A stretch of 64,000 bases of DNA from a virus (taxonomy: Duplodnaviria > Caudoviricetes), in IMG/VR virus record IMGVR_UViG_3300042327_001260, positions 32,001 to 96,000 of that record. One strand, 5' to 3'. The notes under the pieces were generated by a model. The model saw only the letters and a list, made by a program, of their open reading frames with translations, had not been told where the DNA came from and did not search any database. A program made the position numbers and the translations under genes. Shown here piece by piece: positions 1-8,841 of this stretch (within the stretch, counting starts at the first letter, position 1; every line of letters starts with the position of its first letter).

Positions 1-66
1 ACTCAAAAAGGAATGAAAACAATGTTTGGTAAACAATACCCTAATTGTGTTAAAAAGAAAAAATAA
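1..66 (+). CDS. 3' end of an ORF truncated by the window edge (..TQKGMKTMFGKQYPNCVKKK*)
   Basis: Frame 1 is open to TAA at 64-66, which overlaps the next ATG (TAATG). Confidence 0.6.
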   Translation, partial: TQKGMKTMFGKQYPNCVKKKK

Positions 67-839
67 TGAATCTACAAGAACAAATATCAAGAATGAAATC
101 AATAATGTTATCCGAAGAGATGGTACAATCTGACGGATGGAAAGTATTAGAAGAAACAATTAAAATACTTAAAAATAAAAAGAAAGTTTTATTACTAAGT
201 TGTTCCAATAGATATAATTGGGATGAGAATAATATGGACATTCCTAAATCAAGATTGTTGGCATTACACATTAAAGAAGAATTGGGTAACAAGGCAACTT
301 ATATGGATATCACAGAACTTAAAATATTACCATGTGAGGGTAATGTATCAAGAGCTGATGGAAACTCTTGTGGATTATTAAAAGCGGCTCTTAAAGACAA
401 GAAAAAGAACCCCACAGGACATCATAGATGTTGGGTAAATATTAATGAACCATCAGATGAACTATGGAAGGTTAGTAAAGAATTATTTGAATCAGATGCG
501 GTGGTATTCTTTTCATCTGTAAGATGGGGACAAGCAAATATGTATTACCAAAACTTAATGGAAAGACTTACATGGATTCAAAATAGACACTCAACCTTAG
601 GTGAGTCTAATTTAATTAAAGATATTGAATCAGGATTTATTTGTGTTGGACAAAATTGGAATGGTGAGAATGTTACTGAAACACAAAAAGAAAGTCATGA
701 GTATTATGGGTTCAAACCTAACAACAAACTTTATTGGAATTGGCAATACACTAAAGATTCAAATGATGAGTCACAGAAATCTTATAAAAAGTCTCACGAT
801 AAATTTATAAAGGATATGAAATTACCTGAGTCTAAATAA
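66..839 (+). CDS. Leader-bearing flavodoxin-like / NADPH-dependent FMN reductase (iron-sulfur flavoprotein-like) protein
   Basis: MNLQEQISRMKSIM leader; ILPCEGNVS..HHRCW..ESDAVVFFSSVRWG pattern of multimeric flavodoxins. Confidence 0.7.
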   Translation: MNLQEQISRMKSIMLSEEMVQSDGWKVLEETIKILKNKKKVLLLSCSNRYNWDENNMDIPKSRLLALHIKEELGNKATYMDITELKILPCEGNVSRADGNSCGLLKAALKDKKKNPTGHHRCWVNINEPSDELWKVSKELFESDAVVFFSSVRWGQANMYYQNLMERLTWIQNRHSTLGESNLIKDIESGFICVGQNWNGENVTETQKESHEYYGFKPNNKLYWNWQYTKDSNDESQKSYKKSHDKFIKDMKLPESK

Positions 840-840
840 T

Positions 841-1614
841 ATGAACTTACAAGAACAAATATCAAGAATACAGTCAATGATGGGATTAAATGAAGTATCA
901 AACCCATACAAAGTTGAATGGGAATACCCAACAAAGGAATATTTTACACAAGAATTAAGTGAGTTACTAGGAAACCCTGGTAGGTTTACAGAACAAGAGT
1001 TTTTTAATCCCGACAACTACGATACTGTTTATCGTATTATGCCACACACATTTAAAACAATTGCTGAATTTGCCAAAGGTGAAGAAGTAGAAAGTGAAGG
1101 TGAAATTAAGGACATACTTTTAAATCAAAATATGATATCTCTTTTAAAAGAAGAAAAAAGATGGAATGAATTAAAAGATATATTGATGAATGACCAACAA
1201 TGTATAGAAGAAGGGTATAAATTCTTTGGTCTTGGTGAAATGAAAGTATGGAAAGGGATAGATCCAGAAACCGGTGAATATGTTGACAATGTGGACAACA
1301 CAGATTATATGGGAAAAATAACAGATTTCTTATGGAATAAATCACCAGAAAAAGGCGTATCGTCAAGAGTATCACAACGACTAAAAGATTCAGATGAAGA
1401 AGACCCAAGAAGATTGGCAAAAAACATAGATGATTATAGAGATTACGCAAGAAGGGGTGAAGAAAGAAAACTACCACCAGCATTTGTTGTAAAATACTTC
1501 ACACAAAAAGAAGGTAATGATTATGTTTTAATTGGTGGATTCAAAAGAACATCAACAGCATTACAGATGGGGATAGAACCAATAAAAGTTTGGTATATAG
1601 ATATAACAAAATGA
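841..1614 (+). CDS. Leader-bearing protein with possible C-terminal ParB/Srx-like domain
   Basis: MNLQEQISRIQSMMG leader; LPPAFVV..YVLIGGFKRTSTALQMGIEPIKV resembles the ParB-N GxxR motif. Confidence 0.5.
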   Translation: MNLQEQISRIQSMMGLNEVSNPYKVEWEYPTKEYFTQELSELLGNPGRFTEQEFFNPDNYDTVYRIMPHTFKTIAEFAKGEEVESEGEIKDILLNQNMISLLKEEKRWNELKDILMNDQQCIEEGYKFFGLGEMKVWKGIDPETGEYVDNVDNTDYMGKITDFLWNKSPEKGVSSRVSQRLKDSDEEDPRRLAKNIDDYRDYARRGEERKLPPAFVVKYFTQKEGNDYVLIGGFKRTSTALQMGIEPIKVWYIDITK

Positions 1615-2408
1615 ATTTACAAGAACAAATAAATAGAATACAATCAATGATGGGATTAGTTAATGAAAACATTGACGATATCTTAGATAAGATTGGACGA
1701 GGAGAAGAATTATCTAAAGAAGATAAAGATAAAATGGATGCATATAACACCCATTTAAATTCAGGAGGAAATGAACAAGATTTTAATTATGAACCTGAAG
1801 TGGCAAAAGAAGAATCGGGAGAAATTGATTATGAAAGTTTATTAAATAAATTAATATATAACTATTTAAATGAGCTTTTTAAAAATTCATATTATGTCCG
1901 AGGATCCAAACAAATAGAAAGATCACCTGAATTTCTTAAGTTATTTAAGACTATGAGAAGAATGAGAGGGGATGACGAGGATGAAGAAAAGGCAACCTTG
2001 TTAAATAAATATACTATGGTTGGTTATACAACTCAAGGTGTGAATATTTGTATTTTAGCCACCGAATATAACTTATTAAATAGTGATAGAAATATATTTT
2101 TCTCTACGGCGGGACACATACTTCCAATTAGTAAATTTATTAAAAATTATGTTGATACAACTACCGATCAAAATATAAAAGACTCGTATGAGAATGAAGG
2201 TTTATTATTTAGATGGTATAATTTAAATAATTTTAAAGATGATGAGAAAAGACTTATAGATGTTGTATTAAAATGGGTTAATGATAAGTTCGGTGAGATG
2301 TATGATGAAGGTGAATTTGTCACTAAAGGAATAGGTAGTACAAAACAAATTTATTTTAAAGAGTTTATAAACGAAAATGGTATTGATGGGTACGTTAAAG
2401 ATTTATAG
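1611..2408 (+). CDS. Leader-bearing hypothetical protein with IDDILDKI helical motif
   Basis: Start reassigned to ATG 1611 (MNLQEQINRIQSMMG), which overlaps the previous stop (ATGA). Confidence 0.75.
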   Translation: MNLQEQINRIQSMMGLVNENIDDILDKIGRGEELSKEDKDKMDAYNTHLNSGGNEQDFNYEPEVAKEESGEIDYESLLNKLIYNYLNELFKNSYYVRGSKQIERSPEFLKLFKTMRRMRGDDEDEEKATLLNKYTMVGYTTQGVNICILATEYNLLNSDRNIFFSTAGHILPISKFIKNYVDTTTDQNIKDSYENEGLLFRWYNLNNFKDDEKRLIDVVLKWVNDKFGEMYDEGEFVTKGIGSTKQIYFKEFINENGIDGYVKDL

Positions 2409-2411
2409 AGT

Positions 2412-3074
2412 ATGAACCTACAAGAGCACATATCAAGAATGAAATCAATGATGGGGTTAATCATTGAGGAAGAACAAAGGGTTTACGAAAGCAAACCTAT
2501 TGTATTTGTTGGAACGGCAGGTGCTGGTAAATCAACAACTGCTAAAGCGGTTGCTGAAAAATTGGGAATACCTCATATAGATGTTGATGAAATGGAAGGT
2601 AGTATAGAATATGAAGAATTATGTAAGGGAGAACCTGGTGTAGAAGTTAATATTACAAGAACTGAAGACGGACATAATTATGGGTCAACAAATGATGAAT
2701 ACAAGAGATGTGTTCTTACTAAATTGTTACAAAAATATGGTGACACCAAAGTAGTTTTGGATATTGGTGGGGATAGTATAAAAAATTCTGATCTATTAGA
2801 TACTCTACCAAACTTATTTGTTTTTGGTTTACCTTTTTCACCTGAAAACGATAAACCATACATCCAATTCCTAAAACAAACTAGAAAAGACAGAGCGGAA
2901 AAGATGGGACAACCTAATTTAGAGGATGGAATCAAAGATGATGATATACAACAATCAATTAACAGTGTAAGGGAATTTTATATGGGTAAACAAAATATAA
3001 ATCCTTTCACTGAAAACGGACAAAGAAAAACAACAGAAGAACTTGTTGATGAAATTATAACAAAATTAACTTAA
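2412..3074 (+). CDS. Leader-bearing shikimate-kinase-like P-loop kinase
   Basis: Walker A GTAGAGKST, HIDVD, LDIGG. Confidence 0.7.
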   Translation: MNLQEHISRMKSMMGLIIEEEQRVYESKPIVFVGTAGAGKSTTAKAVAEKLGIPHIDVDEMEGSIEYEELCKGEPGVEVNITRTEDGHNYGSTNDEYKRCVLTKLLQKYGDTKVVLDIGGDSIKNSDLLDTLPNLFVFGLPFSPENDKPYIQFLKQTRKDRAEKMGQPNLEDGIKDDDIQQSINSVREFYMGKQNINPFTENGQRKTTEELVDEIITKLT

Positions 3075-3515
3075 ATGAACCTACAAGAACATATCAGAAA
3101 AGTATTAAGGGAGGAAAACCTAAACCAATTTTTAATTAATCAAATTAAAGATAATGGTATATTAGATACATCCAGATTAGTCGGGGGGTTAAAAGAACTA
3201 ATTTATCTTTTAGGTAAAGAATATTTTACAGATGACATTAAGATTAAATTAATTAAAGAGATCGTACTTACTACAGAAGAAGAGTATCTAACTTTTATAG
3301 AGATGAATGAAAACCCATTAGTTTTAACGGATGAAGATGATCTATTAACACAAATAGAAATGTTATACCCACATGATGTTGCTGTATTTTATTATTATGG
3401 ATATGATGAAGAATCGGCAGATGAGGCATATATAAATTATGACATATTAACAAGTCGTGTGTTAAAGGATATATTTAATATGGTTATTAATTATTATATC
3501 AAAAATGAGATGTAA
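3075..3515 (+). CDS. Leader-bearing hypothetical protein (paralog of 10776 and 11509)
   Basis: MNLQEHIRKVLREE, followed by DNGILDTSRLVGG. Confidence 0.75.
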   Translation: MNLQEHIRKVLREENLNQFLINQIKDNGILDTSRLVGGLKELIYLLGKEYFTDDIKIKLIKEIVLTTEEEYLTFIEMNENPLVLTDEDDLLTQIEMLYPHDVAVFYYYGYDEESADEAYINYDILTSRVLKDIFNMVINYYIKNEM

Positions 3516-3542
3516 TAAAAGAGTATAAGACTAAATAATTTA

Positions 3543-3559
3543 TTAACGATTTGTTAATA
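3543..3559 (+). promoter_or_regulatory. Putative Pho-box-like direct repeat (TTAACG-N5-TTAATA)
   Basis: Hexamer repeat with 11-bp period upstream of the GT2/PlcP-like pair; similar element at 20539-20555. Confidence 0.35.
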
Positions 3560-3592
3560 CCAAATACCCAATTACAAAGATAGTTATATTAT

Positions 3593-4297
3593 ATGGAACT
3601 ATCTAAATTTTTAACAATAGTCATTCCGTGTAAAAACGAATCAAAAACAATAGACTCCACACTATCCCTATTAAATTTCCAAGATAACATAGATAACGTA
3701 AAAGTTATTATTTCAGATTCATCCACCGATGAAACCACATATCAATTGGAATCAAGAACAAACGATAAGTTTGATTTAAAAATAATAGAAGGGGGACTAC
3801 CAGCAAAGGCAAGAAACAACGGAGCAAGATACGTAAAAACACCATACGTTTTATTTATTGATTCGGATATGTATTTACTTGATCCGACACTTTTAAATAC
3901 AGTAACAAGAATGATGTTATATGGAGGAATTGATTTACTTACAACGAAGATAAGAACAACAAACGGGAAATATAACTATGTGTTTAGAACGTTTGATTTT
4001 ATACAGAAGATATCCAAGTTCATATCACCATTTTGTTTAGGTGGGTTTATGTTATTTAAAATGAACACATTTAACGAATTAGGGGGATTTGACGAAGAAG
4101 CGAAGGTTGCAGAGGATTACCTACTATCAAAACAAATTAAACCAAATAGATTTAAAATAATAAACACCACAGTATTCACGCCACCAAGAAGATTTGATAA
4201 CAAGGGGGTAATGTATATGATGAGGTTAATGATTAAATCATTTTTGAATAGAAACAATAAACAATTCTTTTCAGACGATAACACATATTGGAAATGA
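3593..4297 (+). CDS. Glycosyltransferase family 2
   Basis: TIVIPCKNE, SDSSTD, ARNNGA, LFIDSD (DxD), GGFDE..AEDY. Confidence 0.9.
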   Translation: MELSKFLTIVIPCKNESKTIDSTLSLLNFQDNIDNVKVIISDSSTDETTYQLESRTNDKFDLKIIEGGLPAKARNNGARYVKTPYVLFIDSDMYLLDPTLLNTVTRMMLYGGIDLLTTKIRTTNGKYNYVFRTFDFIQKISKFISPFCLGGFMLFKMNTFNELGGFDEEAKVAEDYLLSKQIKPNRFKIINTTVFTPPRRFDNKGVMYMMRLMIKSFLNRNNKQFFSDDNTYWK

Positions 4298-5007
4298 AAA
4301 AGTGGAGAACAATTATAATGAGTGATTTACACTTAGGAGCAAGACAATCACAAACAACTAAGATACTACAATTCTTAGAGAAGAATGAATCAGATATATT
4401 AATTCTAAATGGTGACATAATAGATGGTTGGGCAATGAAATCAAAAGGTAAATGGAGTAAGGATTGTTCAAAGATATTTAGAAGGTTTATGAAAAGAAGT
4501 GAACAGGGAACAAAGGTAATATACATAAGAGGAAATCACGACGATTTTTTAAAACCATTCGTCCCGTTTAAGATGAATAACATAGAGATTGTAAGAAAGT
4601 ATGTACACAAAGGATTAGACGGAAGAAAGTATTTTTGTTTTCACGGGGATGTATTAGACTTTGTTATAATGAAAGTAAGATGGTTAGCGGTAATAGGTGG
4701 ATGGAGTTATGATTTTGTTATAAGATTAAATACAATATACAACTACATAAGAAGAAAGTTTAATCTACCATATCATTCATTAGCAAACACAATTAAACAA
4801 TCAGTAAAGGGAGCAATTAACTTTGTATCTGATTTTGAAACAAACGCAAAACAACTAACAATACAGAAGGGATATGATGTTGCGGTATGTGGACATATTC
4901 ATCACCCTAAGTTAGATAAAGATTATATGAACTCAGGAGACTTTTGTGAGAACTCCACTTGTTTAGTAGAAGATTTTAATGGTGAGTGGTTTATCATTAA
5001 TGTGTAG
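4294..5007 (+). CDS. Metallophosphoesterase, UDP-2,3-diacylglucosamine diphosphatase / PlcP phospholipase C-like
   Basis: SDLHLG, GDIIDGW, GNHD, HGD, CGHIH, NSGDF motifs; ATGA coupling to the GT2 gene. Confidence 0.85.
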   Translation: MKKWRTIIMSDLHLGARQSQTTKILQFLEKNESDILILNGDIIDGWAMKSKGKWSKDCSKIFRRFMKRSEQGTKVIYIRGNHDDFLKPFVPFKMNNIEIVRKYVHKGLDGRKYFCFHGDVLDFVIMKVRWLAVIGGWSYDFVIRLNTIYNYIRRKFNLPYHSLANTIKQSVKGAINFVSDFETNAKQLTIQKGYDVAVCGHIHHPKLDKDYMNSGDFCENSTCLVEDFNGEWFIINV

Positions 5008-5096
5008 AGTATAGATTTAATTTACTCACTCATCTCTACCGTTCATTTCATTCACTACGACATTCGTTTCATAACTTAATCCTATACTCTTACATT
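4999..5096. repeat. Long imperfect inverted repeat (AGAGTATAG...CTATACTCT core)
   Basis: 5006-5014 pairs with 5082-5090 and extends imperfectly on both sides. Confidence 0.6.
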
Positions 5097-5970
5097 TCTA
5101 TAAAGGTTATGTGGTAATTCTTAGGACATATCTTAAATCATAATGTAATATACTATTAACAAAATACCTTACAATTGTAAAAAGTATTTACATTTAGCAT
5201 TAAAATATAATAATCATACAACACTAAAATATAATACACATTAATAAGTTTACAGTAAACTATCTATTGTAAACAAATTCCCCCCATTCAGTGGGTTTAA
5301 TAAACTGTCCCCCATTATCTATATGGATAATCTATATAAGATGTATATGTATGTTTCTTATACTATACTGATGAGGTGTTCACTAAAAGGGGATGTTCAG
5401 TGTAACTGAACAATAGTGTATGGTGAACAATAAAGTATTATATAAACGAACCATATAACGTGGGACAGAAAGGGACACGTTTATTTTATATGTACCATAT
5501 TCCTTTAAATTGTCCCACGTTTTCCCACTATTATAATATCTTATCTAAGTGATCCTTTATACGTTGGGGTATATTATATGTCACATTTACATGTTCCATT
5601 CGTTGGAAATACTTAAGGACTTCGTCTCCGCGCTAACTACATAGTTAATACATTAATTAGCTGGAAAATGTATATAGTAAAAAAAATACGTCTACAGATA
5701 CCTACAGAGGGGATTTTTTAGGGTACAGCTATAACCAGCAAGGATTATGGTGGTAAATAGTGGAATAATATGGTGGGGAAAAGTGGTAAAAAGGATTGTC
5801 CCCTGTGTGAAGCTCGACTGACATTTTGACAAAAACAAATAAAATGACATATTTTTTTAAAAAAAAGTTATCAACATTCCCCCTGACATACTGTCAGACA
5901 CCAATTTAGTATTTATTTATCAACAAAACATTAATATAATTAATGGTAAACCGTTACAACATTAAGGAAT

Positions 5971-6294
5971 ATGGAAGGAGTAGAGAAGTTTTTAAAGGAA
6001 GAATTCATCCCCAAGGTAGTAGAAGATAAACAGGGAATCAAATGTTTATTCAAACATAAGAACAACTTAGTGGAAGATGGGGTTGTATTTTTTGAGTTTG
6101 CTAAGAAGTCATGGAGTAAGAAACCCATCATGAATAAAAAACAGTTTGTTATAGTGGATGCAGATATGACTGACGTGTTAACATTTCTAAACACATACTA
6201 CAATCTATCTGAGGATGACTTCCCAACGGTTAGAAAAGTAATCATCGATATGGCAATGTCACATATAGATAAGTTCTTCGGAGGGGAAGATTAA
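5971..6294 (+). CDS. Hypothetical protein
   Basis: 107-aa ORF with ATG start and plausible composition. Confidence 0.65.
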   Translation: MEGVEKFLKEEFIPKVVEDKQGIKCLFKHKNNLVEDGVVFFEFAKKSWSKKPIMNKKQFVIVDADMTDVLTFLNTYYNLSEDDFPTVRKVIIDMAMSHIDKFFGGED

Positions 6295-6461
6295 TCAAGA
6301 GGTTCTAAGTCCTCGTCTGTAAGGATATGTTTTATAATCCAATAGTATTGTTTGGATCCTTTCATGTATTCAACTATGAACACACAGTACAACATCACAA
6401 CCCAAAAGAGGGAGAAGATAATCCCAAGAGAGATAAGAAGATAATTAACGATTGTCATCAT
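6291..6461 (-). CDS. Small membrane protein (56 aa, MMTIVNYLLISLGIIFSLFWVVMLYC...)
   Basis: Translated by hand; below the ORF-track cutoff; one long hydrophobic stretch. Confidence 0.5.
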   Translation of the reverse strand: MMTIVNYLLISLGIIFSLFWVVMLYCVFIVEYMKGSKQYYWIIKHILTDEDLEPLD

Positions 6462-6846
6462 GGTTAGATATGTAAACTATTAAGTAAGATATGAATAGGG
6501 ATAACATACACATAAATAAAGTAACAACATCCTCTTTCATACAATGATAATTAATAATGATAAATATCTTATCAGTCAAGTTTGTATATGTCAAATCTTT
6601 TTCGTACCTTAGCTCTGTAACTGTCACTAACGATGGGGACCGAGTAGACTCCAACACGTCCCAACTTTTGTAAACTATAAGGCAGGTTGGAGTCCACCCT
6701 CTTAGAGAAGAACTTGTTTCCCTGACCCGTCTCGGACTGAACCACTGACAATCATAAAGGTACGGATTATATATGAGACTACAAAACATTCCCCCATATA
6801 TTTTTAGAGAGTTATTAACATGACACATTGACTGTTAATAAATGAC

Positions 6847-6970
6847 GGGGACTATATACCCCCCTCTATACTTTGGCATACCCCACCCCCCTATATATTT
6901 GGGGCCCCCTCCCCCGTATCCCCCCTCCGATATGACACATTGTCAGGGGTAAAAAGGGGGGACAGTCCCC
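6847..6970. other. Cluster of C/G homopolymer tracts (G-quadruplex-capable on the minus strand)
   Basis: At least six runs of 4-6 C plus several G runs in about 120 nt of an otherwise very AT-rich sequence. Confidence 0.7.
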
Positions 6971-7070
6971 TTTGCAAAGTATTCATAAGAAAAAAGTCCC
7001 TATGATATTAAAAAAAATTCTGGAAAAATTTTATGAAAAATCGGGGTATTTATGTATAAAACATTATATT

Positions 7071-7487
7071 ATGAAAAGAACTATAAAACTTACAGAATCA
7101 GATTTAACACGTATTGTTAAACGGGTGGTTAAAGAAAATGAAAACCATTGGGAAGGTTTTGGATTTGAAGATGAGGAATCATTTATTGAGTCTTATGTTG
7201 AGGCCGATGAGTATGCTAATGATTTATATTGGGACTTGAATTTGGATATTGAAAATGAGTTTGCTAATTGTATTAAAAACATGAATTTACCAAAAATGAT
7301 TTCAGATTATCAAAATGAGTTTATTCAAAAATACGGAAAATACATTAACATGGATGCATCAATTTACAATGAACATATTGATTCCTTTTTGAGTCTTGAT
7401 GGAAGAAATATTGATGTTAGTGATTTATCCTCCGCATTGACTGAAACGGTCTTTATATGGATGGAAAAAAATATAAAAAACAATTGA
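7071..7487 (+). CDS. Leader-bearing hypothetical protein
   Basis: Start reassigned to ATG 7071 (MKRTIKLTESDLTRIVKRVVKE); TATTTAT at 7047. Confidence 0.8.
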   Translation: MKRTIKLTESDLTRIVKRVVKENENHWEGFGFEDEESFIESYVEADEYANDLYWDLNLDIENEFANCIKNMNLPKMISDYQNEFIQKYGKYINMDASIYNEHIDSFLSLDGRNIDVSDLSSALTETVFIWMEKNIKNN

Positions 7488-7493
7488 TAGTTT

Positions 7494-7522
7494 AACCCCC
7501 CCTCCCAACAGAGGGGTTTTTT
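7494..7522 (+). terminator. Intrinsic terminator
   Basis: CCCCTC/GAGGGG stem followed by a T-run. Confidence 0.7.
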
Positions 7523-7546
7523 ATTTCCCCTTATATTTATTCTTAT

Positions 7547-7879
7547 ATGAAACATCTTATTAAACGTATACTCAAAGAAGAAACCGAGACAGAGTTTCGT
7601 AAAGTAATTAAAGTATTAAAGAACTTTATTATAGAATACTTTTCTGATGTAGATTGGTTTAAAGACGTTGATTTTGAAATGGGTACTTGGTTTAATTCAA
7701 ATTTAATCCCAACTCCAGAAATTAAAATTACAATTTATATTTCTGATGAAGATGATATTGTAACAACAAGTGATTTTTCAGAATTAGTAGGAGAGATTGA
7801 TTTTATAATGGATATGTTTTTTCCAATGAAAGATTATACGTATACTGCTGTTTGGACATTAGATGTAAACCCTGTATAA
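7547..7879 (+). CDS. Leader-bearing hypothetical protein
   Basis: MKHLIKRILKEE; TATTTAT at 7534. Confidence 0.8.
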   Translation: MKHLIKRILKEETETEFRKVIKVLKNFIIEYFSDVDWFKDVDFEMGTWFNSNLIPTPEIKITIYISDEDDIVTTSDFSELVGEIDFIMDMFFPMKDYTYTAVWTLDVNPV

Positions 7880-7973
7880 TATTATTTCCCCCTAAAAACT
7901 TTTCACATCTTTTATACCCCCAAATCTCAAAAAAAATTTCCATAAAATTTTTGGTAAATCCCAACTATTATAT

Positions 7974-7981
7974 TATCTTTG
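7974..7981 (+). promoter_or_regulatory. Bacteroidota -7 promoter element TATCTTTG
   Basis: Matches TAnnTTTG; lies upstream of leader-less ORFs 8007, 8205 and 8506. Confidence 0.6.
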
Positions 7982-8006
7982 TATTCAACATTAAATATCA
8001 ACTATT

Positions 8007-8180
8007 ATGACACGGTATCAATTCGATTTATTCTTCTCATTACTTTTTCTTTTATTGTGTAATGTAATTTGTTATTATACCAACGGAAAGTTTGTTCATA
8101 TCTCAACAAACATTGGAATGTCCTGTATAATACTTTTTATTTACTTTACAAGTAGGGGATTTAGTCAAAAATTGAAATAG
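8007..8180 (+). CDS. Small two-TM membrane protein (57 aa)
   Basis: Translated by hand: MTRYQFDLFFSLLFLLLCNVICYY..IGMSCIILFIYF. Confidence 0.5.
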   Translation: MTRYQFDLFFSLLFLLLCNVICYYTNGKFVHISTNIGMSCIILFIYFTSRGFSQKLK

Positions 8181-8204
8181 TTAACATCTTAAAAAATTTA
8201 TTAT

Positions 8205-8501
8205 ATGAAATGTAAAATATTATTTGAATCAAAACACGTTAACAGTAGCGATTACTTTGGAACAAAGATTATATCCATGTTTGAAAAGAAATTTAAGATT
8301 TTGTATGAATGTAGAAACGGGTCTTCAGGACTTACTGTGGAGGTAATGAACTCTGACGGATCGTTTAACCACCTTCTTTCTAAATACACCCTTGGGTTTA
8401 CCCACTCTGCCAGATATGTTAGCGATGTATCAGAAAAGGATAAGGACTTCTATAAGGGGTTTGAATTATGTAAGGAAGTTATCTCTAAAATTTATTCTTA
8501 A
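8205..8501 (+). CDS. Hypothetical protein
   Basis: 98-aa ORF in a putative host-promoter operon. Confidence 0.7.
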   Translation: MKCKILFESKHVNSSDYFGTKIISMFEKKFKILYECRNGSSGLTVEVMNSDGSFNHLLSKYTLGFTHSARYVSDVSEKDKDFYKGFELCKEVISKIYS

Positions 8502-8505
8502 TCAT

Positions 8506-8763
8506 ATGGGTGATAAAATGTTTGTTGGAGTTTCCGTGACTGTTAAAGACGGGAGATTCTATTTTGATATAATGGCAGATAAGGGATTGTATATGGAAGA
8601 TATTCGTTCTATTCTTGTTGGGGGTGTTGCATTATCCATACGTGGGGAGAAGACACCTGAACTTCAGGCAAAGGCAATGCGGGATGTTATTTCACATTTG
8701 GAATCTGAATTTATTAATCCCGATTCATTTAGTGATTTGGGTGTAAATGATGATGTAAAATAA
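8506..8763 (+). CDS. Hypothetical protein
   Basis: Start reassigned to ATG 8506 (MGDKMFVG), just after the previous stop. Confidence 0.65.
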   Translation: MGDKMFVGVSVTVKDGRFYFDIMADKGLYMEDIRSILVGGVALSIRGEKTPELQAKAMRDVISHLESEFINPDSFSDLGVNDDVK

Positions 8764-8841
8764 AAAATTTTTTTTACACCGAACCATCCCCCCGCCCCCT
8801 TCCTTTTTGGTGTGTCATCATATTTATAAATAAAAATAATT

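Noticed and set aside
3575-3582. Minus-strand TATCTTTG pointing antisense into the MNLQE array
   Set aside because: A single match with no downstream gene and no clear -33 element; could be chance
6445-6828. 127-aa minus-strand ORF
   Set aside because: The N-terminal part looks non-coding; at most the last 31 codons from ATG 6540 form a small hydrophobic peptide
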